A DNA stretch of 64,000 nt, taken from the NCBI GenBank assembly GCA_951406725.2, contig OX597816.1, forward strand, positions 57,288,001 through 57,352,000, read 5' to 3'. Origin of the DNA: Octopus vulgaris (lineage: Eukaryota). The position numbers were made by a program, and so were the translations under genes. Positions 37,010 to 48,583 of this stretch are shown in pieces (position 1 is the first letter of the stretch; each line of letters begins with the position of its first letter). A model generated the notes under the pieces. The model had not been told where the DNA came from. It saw only the letters and a program-made list of their open reading frames with translations, and searched no databases.

Positions 37010-37380
37010 CTGGGGGTGGGTAAGAAACTTGCTTCTCAGCCACATGGTTCCGGGTTCAATCCTACTACGTCACACTACGTTGGACAAGCGTCTTCTATAG
37101 CCTCAGGCCGACTAAAACCGTGTGAGTGGATCTGGTAGATGGAAACTGAAAGGTGTGTGTGTGTGTGTGTGTGTGTGTCCATTACTACTTAACAACCGGT
37201 GTTGGTGTGTTTATGTCCCCGTAACTTAGCGGTTCGGCAAAAGAGACCGATAGAATAAGTACTAGATTTTTTTTTAAATAAGACTTGGGGTCGATTTGTT
37301 CGACTGAAAAAAAAAAACTTCAAGGCGGTGCTCCAGCATGGACGCAATCATATAACTGAAACAAGTAAAAGAATAGAAGA
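37010..37380 (+). mobile_element. SINE family A
   Basis: Near full layout. Confidence 0.85.
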
Positions 37381-38042
37381 CTAGTTCTCTTCATGACTGT
37401 GATATATGTGAAAGATAAAGAACATCGGTCGAGAGAGACGTCAAAGTACATTAAGACGTCTGTTCTAGTTCACCATTCCAATTGTTTAACCCAGTAATTA
37501 CTAGCACACAAAACTCTGAGACATCATTAAATGTTTTTAAAACCTTTAACTCTATAAACCCTTTTCTGAAGCCGTTCGTGTCTGAGATGTGCCCTACTTT
37601 GCAGTTCTTTCGGCTGATATCTAGGTTGAGCTCTTTTGAATCATTCTTAATTAGACATTAAAACAAAAACTATAAATTTACTGTTGCGTAGAACTTTCCT
37701 ATGTTTTAATGTGTGTACTTTTAGTAGCGGTCTTAATATATCTTTTAGGAGTTTTATTGTCCTCTTTAATGAAAGAATTAAGTTTTTGTGATGATTTTTT
37801 TTGTCGTATGAAAGGCTGCAAATATCACATATATTTTCATTTTATTTCCAAACAAATATAGATGGCAGCACAAGAATTAAGGAGTACTTTATAATGATTT
37901 CCAGAATGTATAGTCAACACTATTATAACGTGTACCTTTCCGAAAATATAATCAAGGATTTTTAGCGGTAGGAGTGGGACATAGGAGGAGATCGATCATA
38001 CAGGGTTATGAAACGGTCGGTTTCATTAATTTATCATCATTT

Positions 38043-38285
38043 AAAGACGACGAGCTAGCAGAACGTAAAAAACGGACAAAATGCTTAGCAGCATTTCTTC
38101 CGGCTTTTTACGTCCTGAATTCAACGTTTGCCGAGGGTAGTTTTGCCCTTTATTCTTCTGTCGGTCGATAGAATAAATACGAGCCGAACAATAGGATCGC
38201 TGAGGATCGCCGAGCACAAGGAACGATGATATCAACGTACTCTCTCACCCATCTGAAACTGCGGACTTTGTGCCAAAATTTAACA
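38043..38285 (+). mobile_element. SINE family B, degenerate
   Basis: gacgagctagcagaac...aatgcttagc...gccgagggtagttttgccc. Confidence 0.6.
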
Positions 38286-38383
38286 TTGTTTGAATATATT
38301 GAACAAAAGATTCTCTGTTTTGTAAAATACTTTTAGAAAACCTACCAAACTTTTAAAAGTTCCTTCCACAAGAAGAAATAATA

Positions 38384-38700
38384 GATGCAGGCGTAGCTGT
38401 GTGGTAAGAAGTTTTATTCCCACCACATGGTTCCGAGTTCAGTTCCACTGTGTGGCACCTTGAATAAGTGTCTTCTACTACAGCCCTAGGCTGACCAAAG
38501 CCTTGTGAGTGGATTTTGTAGACGGAAACTGGAAGAAGCCTCCACCACCACTTGACAACTTGTGTTAGTTTGCTTAGGTCCCTCGTAACGTAGCGGTTCG
38601 ACAAAAGAAACTGACATAACCTAAGTACTGAGGTCGTTTTGTTCGACTAAGACTCTTCAAAGTAGCGCTCTATCATGGCCGCAGTCCAATTACTGTAAAA
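38384..38700 (+). mobile_element. SINE family A
   Basis: A layout lacking the internal microsatellite. Confidence 0.8.
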
Positions 38701-39810
38701 GGGGAAATGATCTCGTATTAGTGCCAGACAACATTTGCTGACAATTATCTTAAATTAACAGTTTACAAGTTGTAGTTTTTATTTAAAAATTTATAAAAGA
38801 AAAACAATTATTCTATTTTTAATCTTTCATCGGATAAATAATCCAACATTTTGTGTATTTTGTTATAGAGTCGAGGAGTAGCAGTAACCTGCACTACACA
38901 TCATAGTATAAGTCCACAAATGCAGCGATCATAAAATCTTTTATACTGTTCTCCGTAAGCGAAATACACCAGCGATTAGCAGATTCGCATTCAAGTCTGT
39001 CGGAACGCATTAATGATAAATATGTCGTCGTATATGAATTTTTACCAGTTTTTCTTTCAGACATACGGCTTTTAGCTTCTTGTCGGTCGGTAACTGAGTC
39101 GAAGTTGGTTTACTATAAATACAAGCCTCGCTTTGCTATTCTTCATGGTCACAGGAAATACATTCATACTTGCAGAGATTAATAATTAATTCCATGTGTT
39201 CTATTTCTTGTGTAACGTATTTCCTTGCTAACTTGACGAGATACGTTCAGGAACATCGAGCCAACACCATTTCAGTGCTTATTGCTGTTGAAGCCAGCAC
39301 TGTAGTGCTTTCCTTCGTTATCTTACGTGCGCGTCTATGCGAGTGCATGTAATATTCACGCATGTAAATGCTAAACATCCTAACAATAATAATAGTACTT
39401 GATACGTAAATGTAACGAGCTAACGGCAGTTGTTTACACCCTCTAATATTTTGTATACATACGCCTGATATGTTACCCAGCAGGGTCTCCACCTACAGGA
39501 TCGAACAAATACTCTATACACGTAAATATTCCTTACATAATTTCTAAACGCATCTCTCCCGAACACATAATCTAAAACCTATTTCTACTGTCTATAGCGT
39601 AGCTATCTCTCACGTATTATACACAACGTAGCGATCTCCGACCTGCTGCATACAACGTATCTGTCCAAAATATACTATATGTTACATAGCTGTTGTTTTT
39701 ATTCGCACAAGGTGTATTCAGCCAGCAGTGTTCTCTCCACTCAGGGGAATCGCTGCTGAGATGCATGTGCGTTGCACACACTCAAACATGCATACATGTT
39801 ATTCATACGT

Positions 39811-40041
39811 AGGCGCAGACGTGGCTGTGTTGTAAGAAGCTTGCTTACCAACCACATGGTTCCGGGTTCAGTCCCACTGCGTGGCCCCTTGAGTAAGTGT
39901 CTTCTACTATAGATTCGGCCCAACCAAAGCCTTGAGTGAATTTGGTAAACGGAAACTGAAAGAAGCCCGTCGTGTACATGTATGTATGTATGTATGTATG
40001 TATGTATGTATGTATGTATGTATGTATCTATCTATCTATAT

Positions 40042-40086
<45 letters not shown>

Positions 40087-40300
40087 GTGTGTGTGTTTAT
40101 ATGTCTGTTTGTCCCCCCGCCATCACTTGACAACCGATGTTGGTGTGTTTACGTCCCCGTAACTTAGTGGTTCGGTAAAAGAGACCGATAGAATAAGTAC
40201 CAGGCTTACAAAGTATAAGTCCTGGGGTCGATTCGTTCGACTAAATGCAGTACTCCAGCATGGCCGCTGTTAAATGATTGAAAACCAGTGAAAGAATAAA
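39811..40300 (+). mobile_element. SINE family A
   Basis: Full layout. Confidence 0.9.
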
Positions 40301-40680
40301 GTATGCATGTATATGACCCATTTTGTATATGTACATATATATATATATGTGTGTGTTCAGATAGAATGCCTCCATTCTTTGTTCCCTTATTCTCCGACCT
40401 AATTCCCCCGCACCAAGGTCAACCTTCCATGTAGTCTTCCCGTAAGAGTTTTATTTATTTTTATTTGTTTGCGGTTTATTTCCTACGAAACATAATTTTC
40501 CTGACAAACCCTTTCCCGCCCCCAGTCATGACTTTCGTCTGAAAATCCGAGTGAATTTCTGTTTTCAGCAATGTCTGTATATGTGTACATGCATCTATGT
40601 ATATAGGCACGCATGCGCATGTATGTATCTATGTATGCATGTATGTAGGTGTATTGTATTCTAATATTATATGTGTATGT

Positions 40681-40945
40681 CAAGGTGCCGAGTTGGCGGA
40701 GTCGTATGCATGCCAAACAAAATGCTGAGCGGTATTTCGTCTGTCGTTATGTTGTGAGTTCAAATTCCGCCGAGGTCGACTTTGCCTTTCATCCTTTCGG
40801 GGTCGATAAATTAAGTACCAGTTACGCACTGGGGTCGATGTAATCGACTTAATACCTATGTCTGTCCTTGCTTGTCCCCTCTATGTTTAGCCCCTTGTGG
40901 GTAATAAAGAAATAGGTATAGGAGGGGGAACAAAGATACACACAC
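40681..40945 (+). mobile_element. SINE family B
   Basis: Body and Tx1-like tail followed by ggtataggagggggaacaaagatacacacac. Confidence 0.85.
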
Positions 40946-41119
40946 TATAATATGAATGAGAAAGGAAGGGGTGATGGCAAACTGATAGTGGGAACGTTTC
41001 AACTGTGTGTGTGTGTAATGGAAGTGGAATGGTGAACATTCAACGCTGAAAAGAAAAATCAAACAGCGCTTCAACTCAGTGTGAGTATATGTGTGTGTGT
41101 GTGTGTGTGTTTGTGCAGC

Positions 41120-41355
41120 AATGTTTTGACATGCCGATGCCCCTCATCCCTACCTTCGATGATGGAAGAGGCAGCGAACGCGGTGTTTTGTGATTGGCTG
41201 AAAATTCTGGAAATTATCAAATTTTGAACACCTGTAACATTTCAGGAATAAATGAATAACAAATTCGGATTCAGCGTCAAAAATTACATCTATATGATAC
41301 ATAAAAAAAAAAAAATTAAGAGAATTGTAAACAGTGACGAAAATGATAAAGATCC
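41120..41355. mobile_element. Right half of the 16687 Merlin-like MITE family
   Basis: Homologous to 17061-17304; ends attgtaaacagtgacgaaaatgataaagatcc. Confidence 0.85.
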
Positions 41356-41468
41356 TTTCTCCGAAATAAAATCCTGCAGCGAATGCCTTTCACGTTTTAA
41401 TGTTGCGAAGCATCTATACTATAGTAAATGTTAATAAATGTGTGCGTGTCTGTGTATGAGAAAGAAAG

Positions 41469-41527
<59 letters not shown>

Positions 41528-42267
41528 GAGAGAGAGATTAGTGTGTGTTTTGTGTTTGTTGGTGTGAATGAATAGCTGCGGAGATATTCACGGAGAACAG
41601 ACAATGCTTCTGTTGAACGAATAAGTGACAAAGCCGTCTGATACAGAAGACCTTCGTTCATTCTAAATAACTGGAGTGAAGAAAGTGTTCTAAACATAGC
41701 CGAGGCACTTTAATTGCGCTGACCTCTACATAGCTGCCCCTGACATGATGAAATCTAGTCGACAATTACTTCTTGTGTTTGTTTAGAGGTCAATTTAAAG
41801 TTCACTCGGTCAACGATGTCCTTCCACTGCAGAAGCCATTGCTTTTACCTAGAGCTTCTGACGGCAATTTATGTCACCTCGATAGACGCCCGTTTAAACA
41901 AGCACGCATGCGCAACAACACTGGCAAATATTGACACATAAAAACCGCTTTTCCTCTCTCTCTCTCTCTCCTTTTCTCTTTCTTATACATACACCTTGTT
42001 TCGCCTTCAAATATATACACATTCTTAAAATCGTTGACATGCACACGCACAATCTCATAGATAATGTGTTTCGCACTCTTCCATTATCTTATCGAGACGC
42101 TGACACACGGACAAACAGTTACACGCACACACACACAACAGATGCGTATGGAGTCCCATATCGTTGCTCTATAATCGAAACAACACATCCCGGTTTGTCG
42201 TTAGACTGCGGCCATGCGAAGGGAATTTTAGTCGAATGAATCGACCCCAGTATCTATATTTTTCGCC

Positions 42268-42510
42268 TGGCAGAAACGTTAGCACGCCGGGCGAAATGCT
42301 TAGCGGTATTTCGTCTGCGTTACGTTGTGAGTTCAAATTCCGCCGAGATCGACTTTGCCTTTCATCCTTTCGGGGTCGATAAATTAAGTACCAGTTACGC
42401 ACTGGGGTCGATGTAATCGACTTAATACCTACGTCTGTCCTTGTTTGTCCCCTCTGTGTTTAGCCCCTTGTGGGTAATAAAGAAATAGGTATAGGAGGGG
42501 GAACAAAGAT

Positions 42511-42518
<8 letters not shown>
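42268..42518 (+). mobile_element. SINE family B
   Basis: As the 40681 copy, with the same 3' extension. Confidence 0.88.
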
Positions 42519-42596
<78 letters not shown>

Positions 42597-42597
42597 G

Positions 42598-43200
42598 CTC
42601 TTAAACTGGGCCGGACATGCGTGGCTGCGATCTCACTTTAGTTGCCGGGTCTTCTCAATCACAGCATATCTTCAAAGGTCTCAATCTCCTGTCATTGCCT
42701 CTGTGAGGCTCAGGCAATGACAGGAGACCGAGACCTTTGGAGATATGCTGTGATTGAGAAATGCCGGCAACTAAAGTGAGATTGCAACCCGCATATCCGG
42801 CCCAGTTTAAGAGTACCCCTGATGCGTCGGGCGATATGATATGCTTGAGAAGACCTGTTGAGTCAAGTAAAACCATTATCATAGCTGTGGCCAGTGACCC
42901 CTGACTGGCTCCCGTGCCAGTGGAACGTAAAAAGCACCATGTGAACTGGCCCCCGTGATGGAGGCATGTAAAAAGTACTATCCGAACGTGATCGATTCCA
43001 GTACCCCCCGTCTGGCTCCTGTGCCGGTGGCACGTAAAAAGCATCCACTACACTCCCGGAGTAGTTGGAAGGGCATAGAAACTGTAGAACATTGCCAGAT
43101 CAGACTGGAGCCCAGTGTAGCCTCCTGGTTTGCCAGTCCTCAGTCGAACCGTCCAACCCATGCCAGCATGGAAAACGGACGTTAAACGATGATGATGATA
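42598..43200 (+). mobile_element. RTE-clade LINE 3' fragment with 5' foldback
   Basis: gcaatgacaggagaccgagacctttggagatatgctgtg encodes AMTGDRDLWRYAV; UTR has ggaagggcat motif and (GAT)n tail; 42598-42700 is the inverse of 42712-42813. Confidence 0.8.
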
Positions 43201-43362
43201 TACGCCAGGATTCTTTCAGTTTCCATTTATCAAATCCCACTCACAAGGCTTTGGTTGGTCCAAGGCTATCGTAGAAGACACTTGCCCAAGGTGCCACGCA
43301 GTGGGACTGTACCCGGAACCATGTGGTTGGGAAGTAAGCTTCTTACTACATGACCACGCCTG
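43200..43362 (-). mobile_element. SINE family A head half
   Basis: ctttcagtttcc...gcccaaggtgccacgcagtgggactg. Confidence 0.85.
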
Positions 43363-44609
43363 TGTAGTAAGAAGCATATAATGTACGCTGGCATATGTGT
43401 GTATATATAAGACTTTTCGGATTAGTACCAGTAATTATATACATACGAAGAACATGTATTTAAAGATAAATATGTTTTAGGAATTTTGTAGGAATTTACA
43501 AAACTAACCCTTTTCCTTTTATGTGACAGAGTAACAGTGGACTTTTATAACCAAGAATTATAACAGGGGGAAGTGTTTTAGAGGATTAGTAAACAGGGGC
43601 ACGTTGTAACAGTAATATAGTAACAGGGGTGGATTCTTCCGCCCTACTAAGCAGTTTTTATTTATTCTTTTCGTCTAGTCAGGAAGCCCATTATTCCAAA
43701 GTGGTGTTGCTAGTCTCATCTCCGACCATGAAAATAAGCGTGTGTGTGTACACGCACATGCGCACACACATCTATCGACCTAAGTATCTACCTATTTATG
43801 CAGCCATCAATCAACCAGTATTTAGATATACTCAATAGATATGCCGTCTGCCATAAACTACTGTACCTATCTACCACTGCTTGACATCGGGGAAATTTAA
43901 AACATATTAAGATCTTTCAAGTACGCCTCTATATGATCATTTGATATGCTAGAAATAACAGCCAAGATTGACACATTTAATAATGTGAGAAGTGATAGTT
44001 ATAACAGTGGACTGTTGTATATAGCAGAGTCTGAAATAGAAAATAAATATACAGCCTGGTCACGCTGTTGATCACAGTTCTGCTACGGTGACGCCTGGTG
44101 CTAAAAACAACAACTCTGTATGGTCGAACTGTAAAATATCTACAAATAAATGGCTGGTTTATGTTCTGAAACTATTGAGTTAATGGTGTTGGGATTCATT
44201 ATACTTACCCAACCAACTCACCCACCTCTCTCTCTCTCCCTCTCTCTCTCTCCTCGTTCTTAAAATACTTTTAGATTCTCTCTCCTTGTCCGGAAATACA
44301 TCCCGCTCTTTAATTTCCCTTCCGGTTCACATGACCCCTGCCAGACACAATTCAACCAAACAATAACAACAACATCCAGTTATATCATGGTTTTTCAGTT
44401 CAAGAAAGACATAGAAATGTTTCCTGTATTTCCTCAATTCTTTGATTAACCAAAGCAACAAAATATTCTTGGCCCAGTCAGACGAACCAACTCTGACAAG
44501 GCGTGGGCGGCTTTTACTTGGCCACTCAACTTGCTAGAAATAGCAGCCAAATCTTTAAATCACCCTGTTTTTTTGCTATTTTTTCTTTAGTGGAAAGTGT
44601 TTAGGTTGA

Positions 44610-44812
44610 AAGCAGAGGAAAGGGATGCTAGCACGTCGTAGTGTTGACCTCCAAATACCACTGGTACTAATATTTGACTTTGTGTACTGGAGCAACGTAA
44701 AAGGAAGCACACTGCGAAGATTACAACACGTTGCTCCCGCTGAGAATCGAAAGTACGACCTAACGATCGTGAGACTATCACCCTAACCACTGAGCCACGA
44801 GTCTTCGCTTTC
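44610..44812 (-). mobile_element. SINE family C-type, nested in a family E repeat
   Basis: actggagcaacgt...gagaatcgaaag...ccctaaccactgagccac. Confidence 0.65.
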
Positions 44813-45058
44813 AAATCATTCTACCATCTTAAAAAGAAAAAGAAAGCACTGAATAATTTAGACCTGGAGACGTTATACGTTAATAGCAGATGGGATGGTC
44901 ACGGCTGGAATACTTTTGATTATAGTTCGGTTCGATGTACGCTGATGAGGTTAAACAGCAAAGCACTTGAGCCAGAACTCAGCTGATTTTGTTTAGGGGA
45001 CTTACCTCCCTAACTTATTTGTGCTTATTTATAAATTTTTTTTATTTGTTACAGGAGC

Positions 45059-45235
45059 AAGGCGGCGAGCGGGTAGAATCGTGTCGGATAAAACGCTTAG
45101 CGGCATTTTTCCGGCTCTTTATATACTGAGTTCAAATCCCACTGAGATCGACTTTCTCTTTCATCCATTTTGGATCGGTAAAATAAAGTATCAGTTAAAT
45201 AATTGGCTCGTTCTCTTCCCCTAAAATTACTGACT
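45059..45235 (+). mobile_element. SINE family B, degenerate
   Basis: aaggcggcgagcggg...gagttcaaatcc. Confidence 0.7.
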
Positions 45236-46115
45236 GTGAACCCTGCACCCTGCAACGGACCAGCGGTGGAAACAAGGCCATACCAGTCCTAGGTCAGGCG
45301 TGGGGTTGGGTGGGGTCATGCGCCGTTACAGCGCGTTGTTGATTCACCCTTTGTCGGCATATTCCTGGGTCCCTTCCGGGTGACCCATCAAGCAATCCCA
45401 GTCAATCCCCCCACCTCTTCGCGAAATACCCCGCCATCTGTCGTCACTATGTGGTATGTGGTCGACCAACACAAACCGTCAATCCAGCCAGGCTCTCAGT
45501 GAAGAGAACATGGTAAGCAGGTTCTATCTAACTCGGAAAATCATGCAACATGGCGAAACAGTCTGCGTTGGTGCTCCCGAATCATACGAGAGTAACAGGA
45601 CGCATCCCAGTTTCTGAAAAGAGTGCTTGGATGTGAAATCCGACCAATGGTAACTCATAATCTGGCGAAGCGTCCTGGTAAAGTTTTCCATCCAACGTCC
45701 CGCTAGTTCTGTGCGATCCTCCTATATATCTACACACTCCACTAACCAAATCCAGAGTAGATTATTAGGGCATAGTTAATAATAAATGGAGGGGAGGATT
45801 TTGATGCTAAAAAGTAGAAGGGTGACGAGAAGTGGAAGTTGTTAATTAAGAAGTTGAACTGACGCGACATGAGAATGTTTCCCCACAAAGAAAATACCTA
45901 AACATTTCCCTCGTGTTCGGTGCCGTGCCAATTTGAAGAAATGATTCAGGCTTGAAAGAAATGGTTAGGTTGTCTGTTTGCAAAACGTCATTTCATAGCT
46001 TGAAACAAAGTTATTGTTTTTTTGGCAGAGTTTATGGTTGTTCGTGAGGCAACTACACACACACACACTTCAACACTGATACCGATTGTTTTAGGCGTAT
46101 CTGTGCATGTATGTA

Positions 46116-46163
<48 letters not shown>

Positions 46164-46697
46164 GAGTGAGAGAGAGATTCGTGTGTGCGTGACATTCGCT
46201 TATGTAAGTATGTATATGTACGTTTTCTATGTATTCATGTATGGATGTATCTGTATTTGTAATTATTTAAATTCTTCTTAAAACGTACGCAGTTTGGTTT
46301 CTAAGACAAGAACAAACTGCTGTAGTTCAGATAACTGTGGTGTTGAACGTTAGTAAAGTCATACGTATATAGAGGCATGGGCGTATGTATATATATATAT
46401 GTATGTATGCGCGTTTGTGTGCATGTAAAGATATATTTACCTATATATGTATATGTATGTATGTGTGCGTACTTGTGCGTACGTATTTTCCTCCACAAGT
46501 ATGTACTATGTAGGCATACTCGTATCTATGTACGTCTGTTTCTGTGGGTTTCTATTTATCAATACGTGTTATCATCTCTTAGCTTCTTTTCTCTTCCTAT
46601 TTTAAGGTTTCTTTTATGTCTCTCTATTAATCCATGGATTTATCTATCTGTTCAAATATCCATCCATCCATCCATCCATCCATCCATCCATCTATCC

Positions 46698-46738
<41 letters not shown>

Positions 46739-48184
46739 AAGAAATATAATGGCACCGCGAGTGTCGCGTTGCTCTCAAGCAACTCTGCCGTCCTGGGTCG
46801 ACCTTAAGTGACTTCAACACAACCAAAGCATTCTATAGGGGTTTAGTGGAGGGGAGGTACGACGTCGACGAGGAGTACCTGACCCGCCTGTTCAGGACGA
46901 CTTTCGGGCCAGGGCCCATGGACAACTTCCAGAGATCCCTGGCCTGGCAGTGCTACCGAGAAGCGCTACCCGTTCGGGATAAGCTCTACAGACACGGCTC
47001 GAGAAACACGGGGCCGACCTGCCCGAGATGCGGTCAGAGCGACGAAACCGTTCTGCACGCACTCGTTCAGTGTCCAACAATTTCCGACCTGTGGGCTTAT
47101 GTCGAACAACTGCTGTCACGTGTGGGACGAGTCGGTTTATCAGCTGAGTCTATCGTCAATATTGTCACGCCTCCTTCCTTCAAACGGGAAGGAAGAGCTA
47201 TTTTCATCATCCTTGTGGCTATGGCGAAGGAATGTATCTGGTGGACGCGTCTGAAAGGATTGGAGACAAACACTTTCCTCTCTGGTCAATCTCTCATCAA
47301 CTTCTTCAAGTACCACTTGAAAAGGAAAGTGAGAGTAGAGAGGCAAGTTTTGTCTAGCGAATGTTTTAAAAAAAGATGGGTGAATGTAGCAAGAATGGCA
47401 CGTATGAATGACGAAGCCACCTTGAGCATAGTCCTATGAACCCAGAAATCGAAAACAGAGAGTTGCTTATTTGCAAAAAAAAAAAAAAAAAAAAAAGAAA
47501 TATAAAATGTGACTTCATTGACCGAGGTTACCGTGGTCTTTTCCGTAGGCTTTTCTTTCCACGGGTAAACCTCACCTGTCCTCCCCTTTACACTTCATAT
47601 TGACATTTCTGTGATAACGATCCCTATTGATCATTTTCTTTTTTTTTTTTTTCCTCTCCCCCTTTTTTTTAACCCCCCTTTTTTTTTGTCCTCTTTCTCT
47701 CCTTTTACGATCCCTTTTGATCGAAACTCCCCCCTTCCTTTTTTTTTTTTTTTTTTTTTTTTAAACCTTCAAAAGAAAAGCTCTACCTTGTAATTTGTTC
47801 TATCTGTGTGCAGCCCTGTGTGGCTAATAAAGAAACATATCTAAAGAAATATAACATGTGACTTCATTGACCGAGGTTACCGTGGTCTTTTCCGTAGGCT
47901 TTTCCTTCCACGGGTAAACCTCACCTGTCCTCCCCTTTACACTTCATATTGACATTTCTGTGATTACGATCCCTATTGATCAACTTTTTTTCCTCTCCCC
48001 TTTTCTTTTTTTTCCCCTCTCCCCCCCCTTTTTTTAATCCTCCCCTTTTTTGTCCTCTTTCTTTCCTTTTACGATCCCTTTTGATCGAAAACCAAACCCC
48101 ATTTTTTTTTACCCCTAAAAGAAAAGCTCTACCTTGTAATTTGTTCTGTCTGTGTGCAGCCCTGTGTGGCTAATAAAGAAACAT
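46739..48184 (+). mobile_element. Tx1-like retrotransposon insertion with tandemly duplicated 3' UTR
   Basis: The 3' UTR atgtgacttcattgaccgagg...gtggctaataaagaaacat occurs at about 47507-47838 and 47856-48184; flanked both sides by atatc(catc)n...tctatccatc(tatc)n. Confidence 0.88.
46750..47439 (+). CDS. Tx1/L1-clade LINE ORF2 C-terminal fragment (zf-RVT-like CCHC region), 5'-truncated
   Basis: Uninterrupted frame of about 230 codons with TKAFYRGL, LAWQCYREALPVRDKL and CPRCGQSDETVLHALVQC (CX2CX8HX4C). Confidence 0.85.
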   Translation, partial: WHRECRVALKQLCRPGSTLSDFNTTKAFYRGLVEGRYDVDEEYLTRLFRTTFGPGPMDNFQRSLAWQCYREALPVRDKLYRHGSRNTGPTCPRCGQSDETVLHALVQCPTISDLWAYVEQLLSRVGRVGLSAESIVNIVTPPSFKREGRAIFIILVAMAKECIWWTRLKGLETNTFLSGQSLINFFKYHLKRKVRVERQVLSSECFKKRWVNVARMARMNDEATLSIVL

Positions 48185-48216
48185 ATCCATCCATCCATCC
48201 ATCCATCCATCTATCC

Positions 48217-48250
<34 letters not shown>

Positions 48251-48257
48251 GTTATGT

Positions 48258-48583
48258 ATGCGTAGCCGTGTGGTAAGAGGTTTACTTCCCAACCACACGC
48301 TTCCGGGTTCAATCCTATTGTGTGTCACCTTGGACTAAAGTCTTCTACTGTAGCCTCGGGCCAACCAAAGCCTTGTGGATGGATTTGGTAGGCGGAAACT
48401 GAAAGAAGCCCGTCGTATATATGTAATATGTGTCTTTGAGTCTGCCTTTATCCCTGCGCACTGCTTAACTACCAGTGTTGGTGTGTTTACGTCCCCTAAC
48501 TTAGTAGCTCGGCAAAAGAGACTATGCGCCAGGCTTTAAACGAAAATTAAGCACTGGAGTCGATTTGTTTGACTAAAATTCTT
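48258..48583 (+). mobile_element. SINE family A, 3'-truncated
   Basis: A layout up to gactaaaattctt. Confidence 0.85.

Noticed and set aside
42688-42725. HDV-like ribozyme P4-J4/2 motif (gcctc..gaggcaat)
   Set aside because: The sequence is explained as RTE coding C-terminus (LTEAMTGDRDLW).
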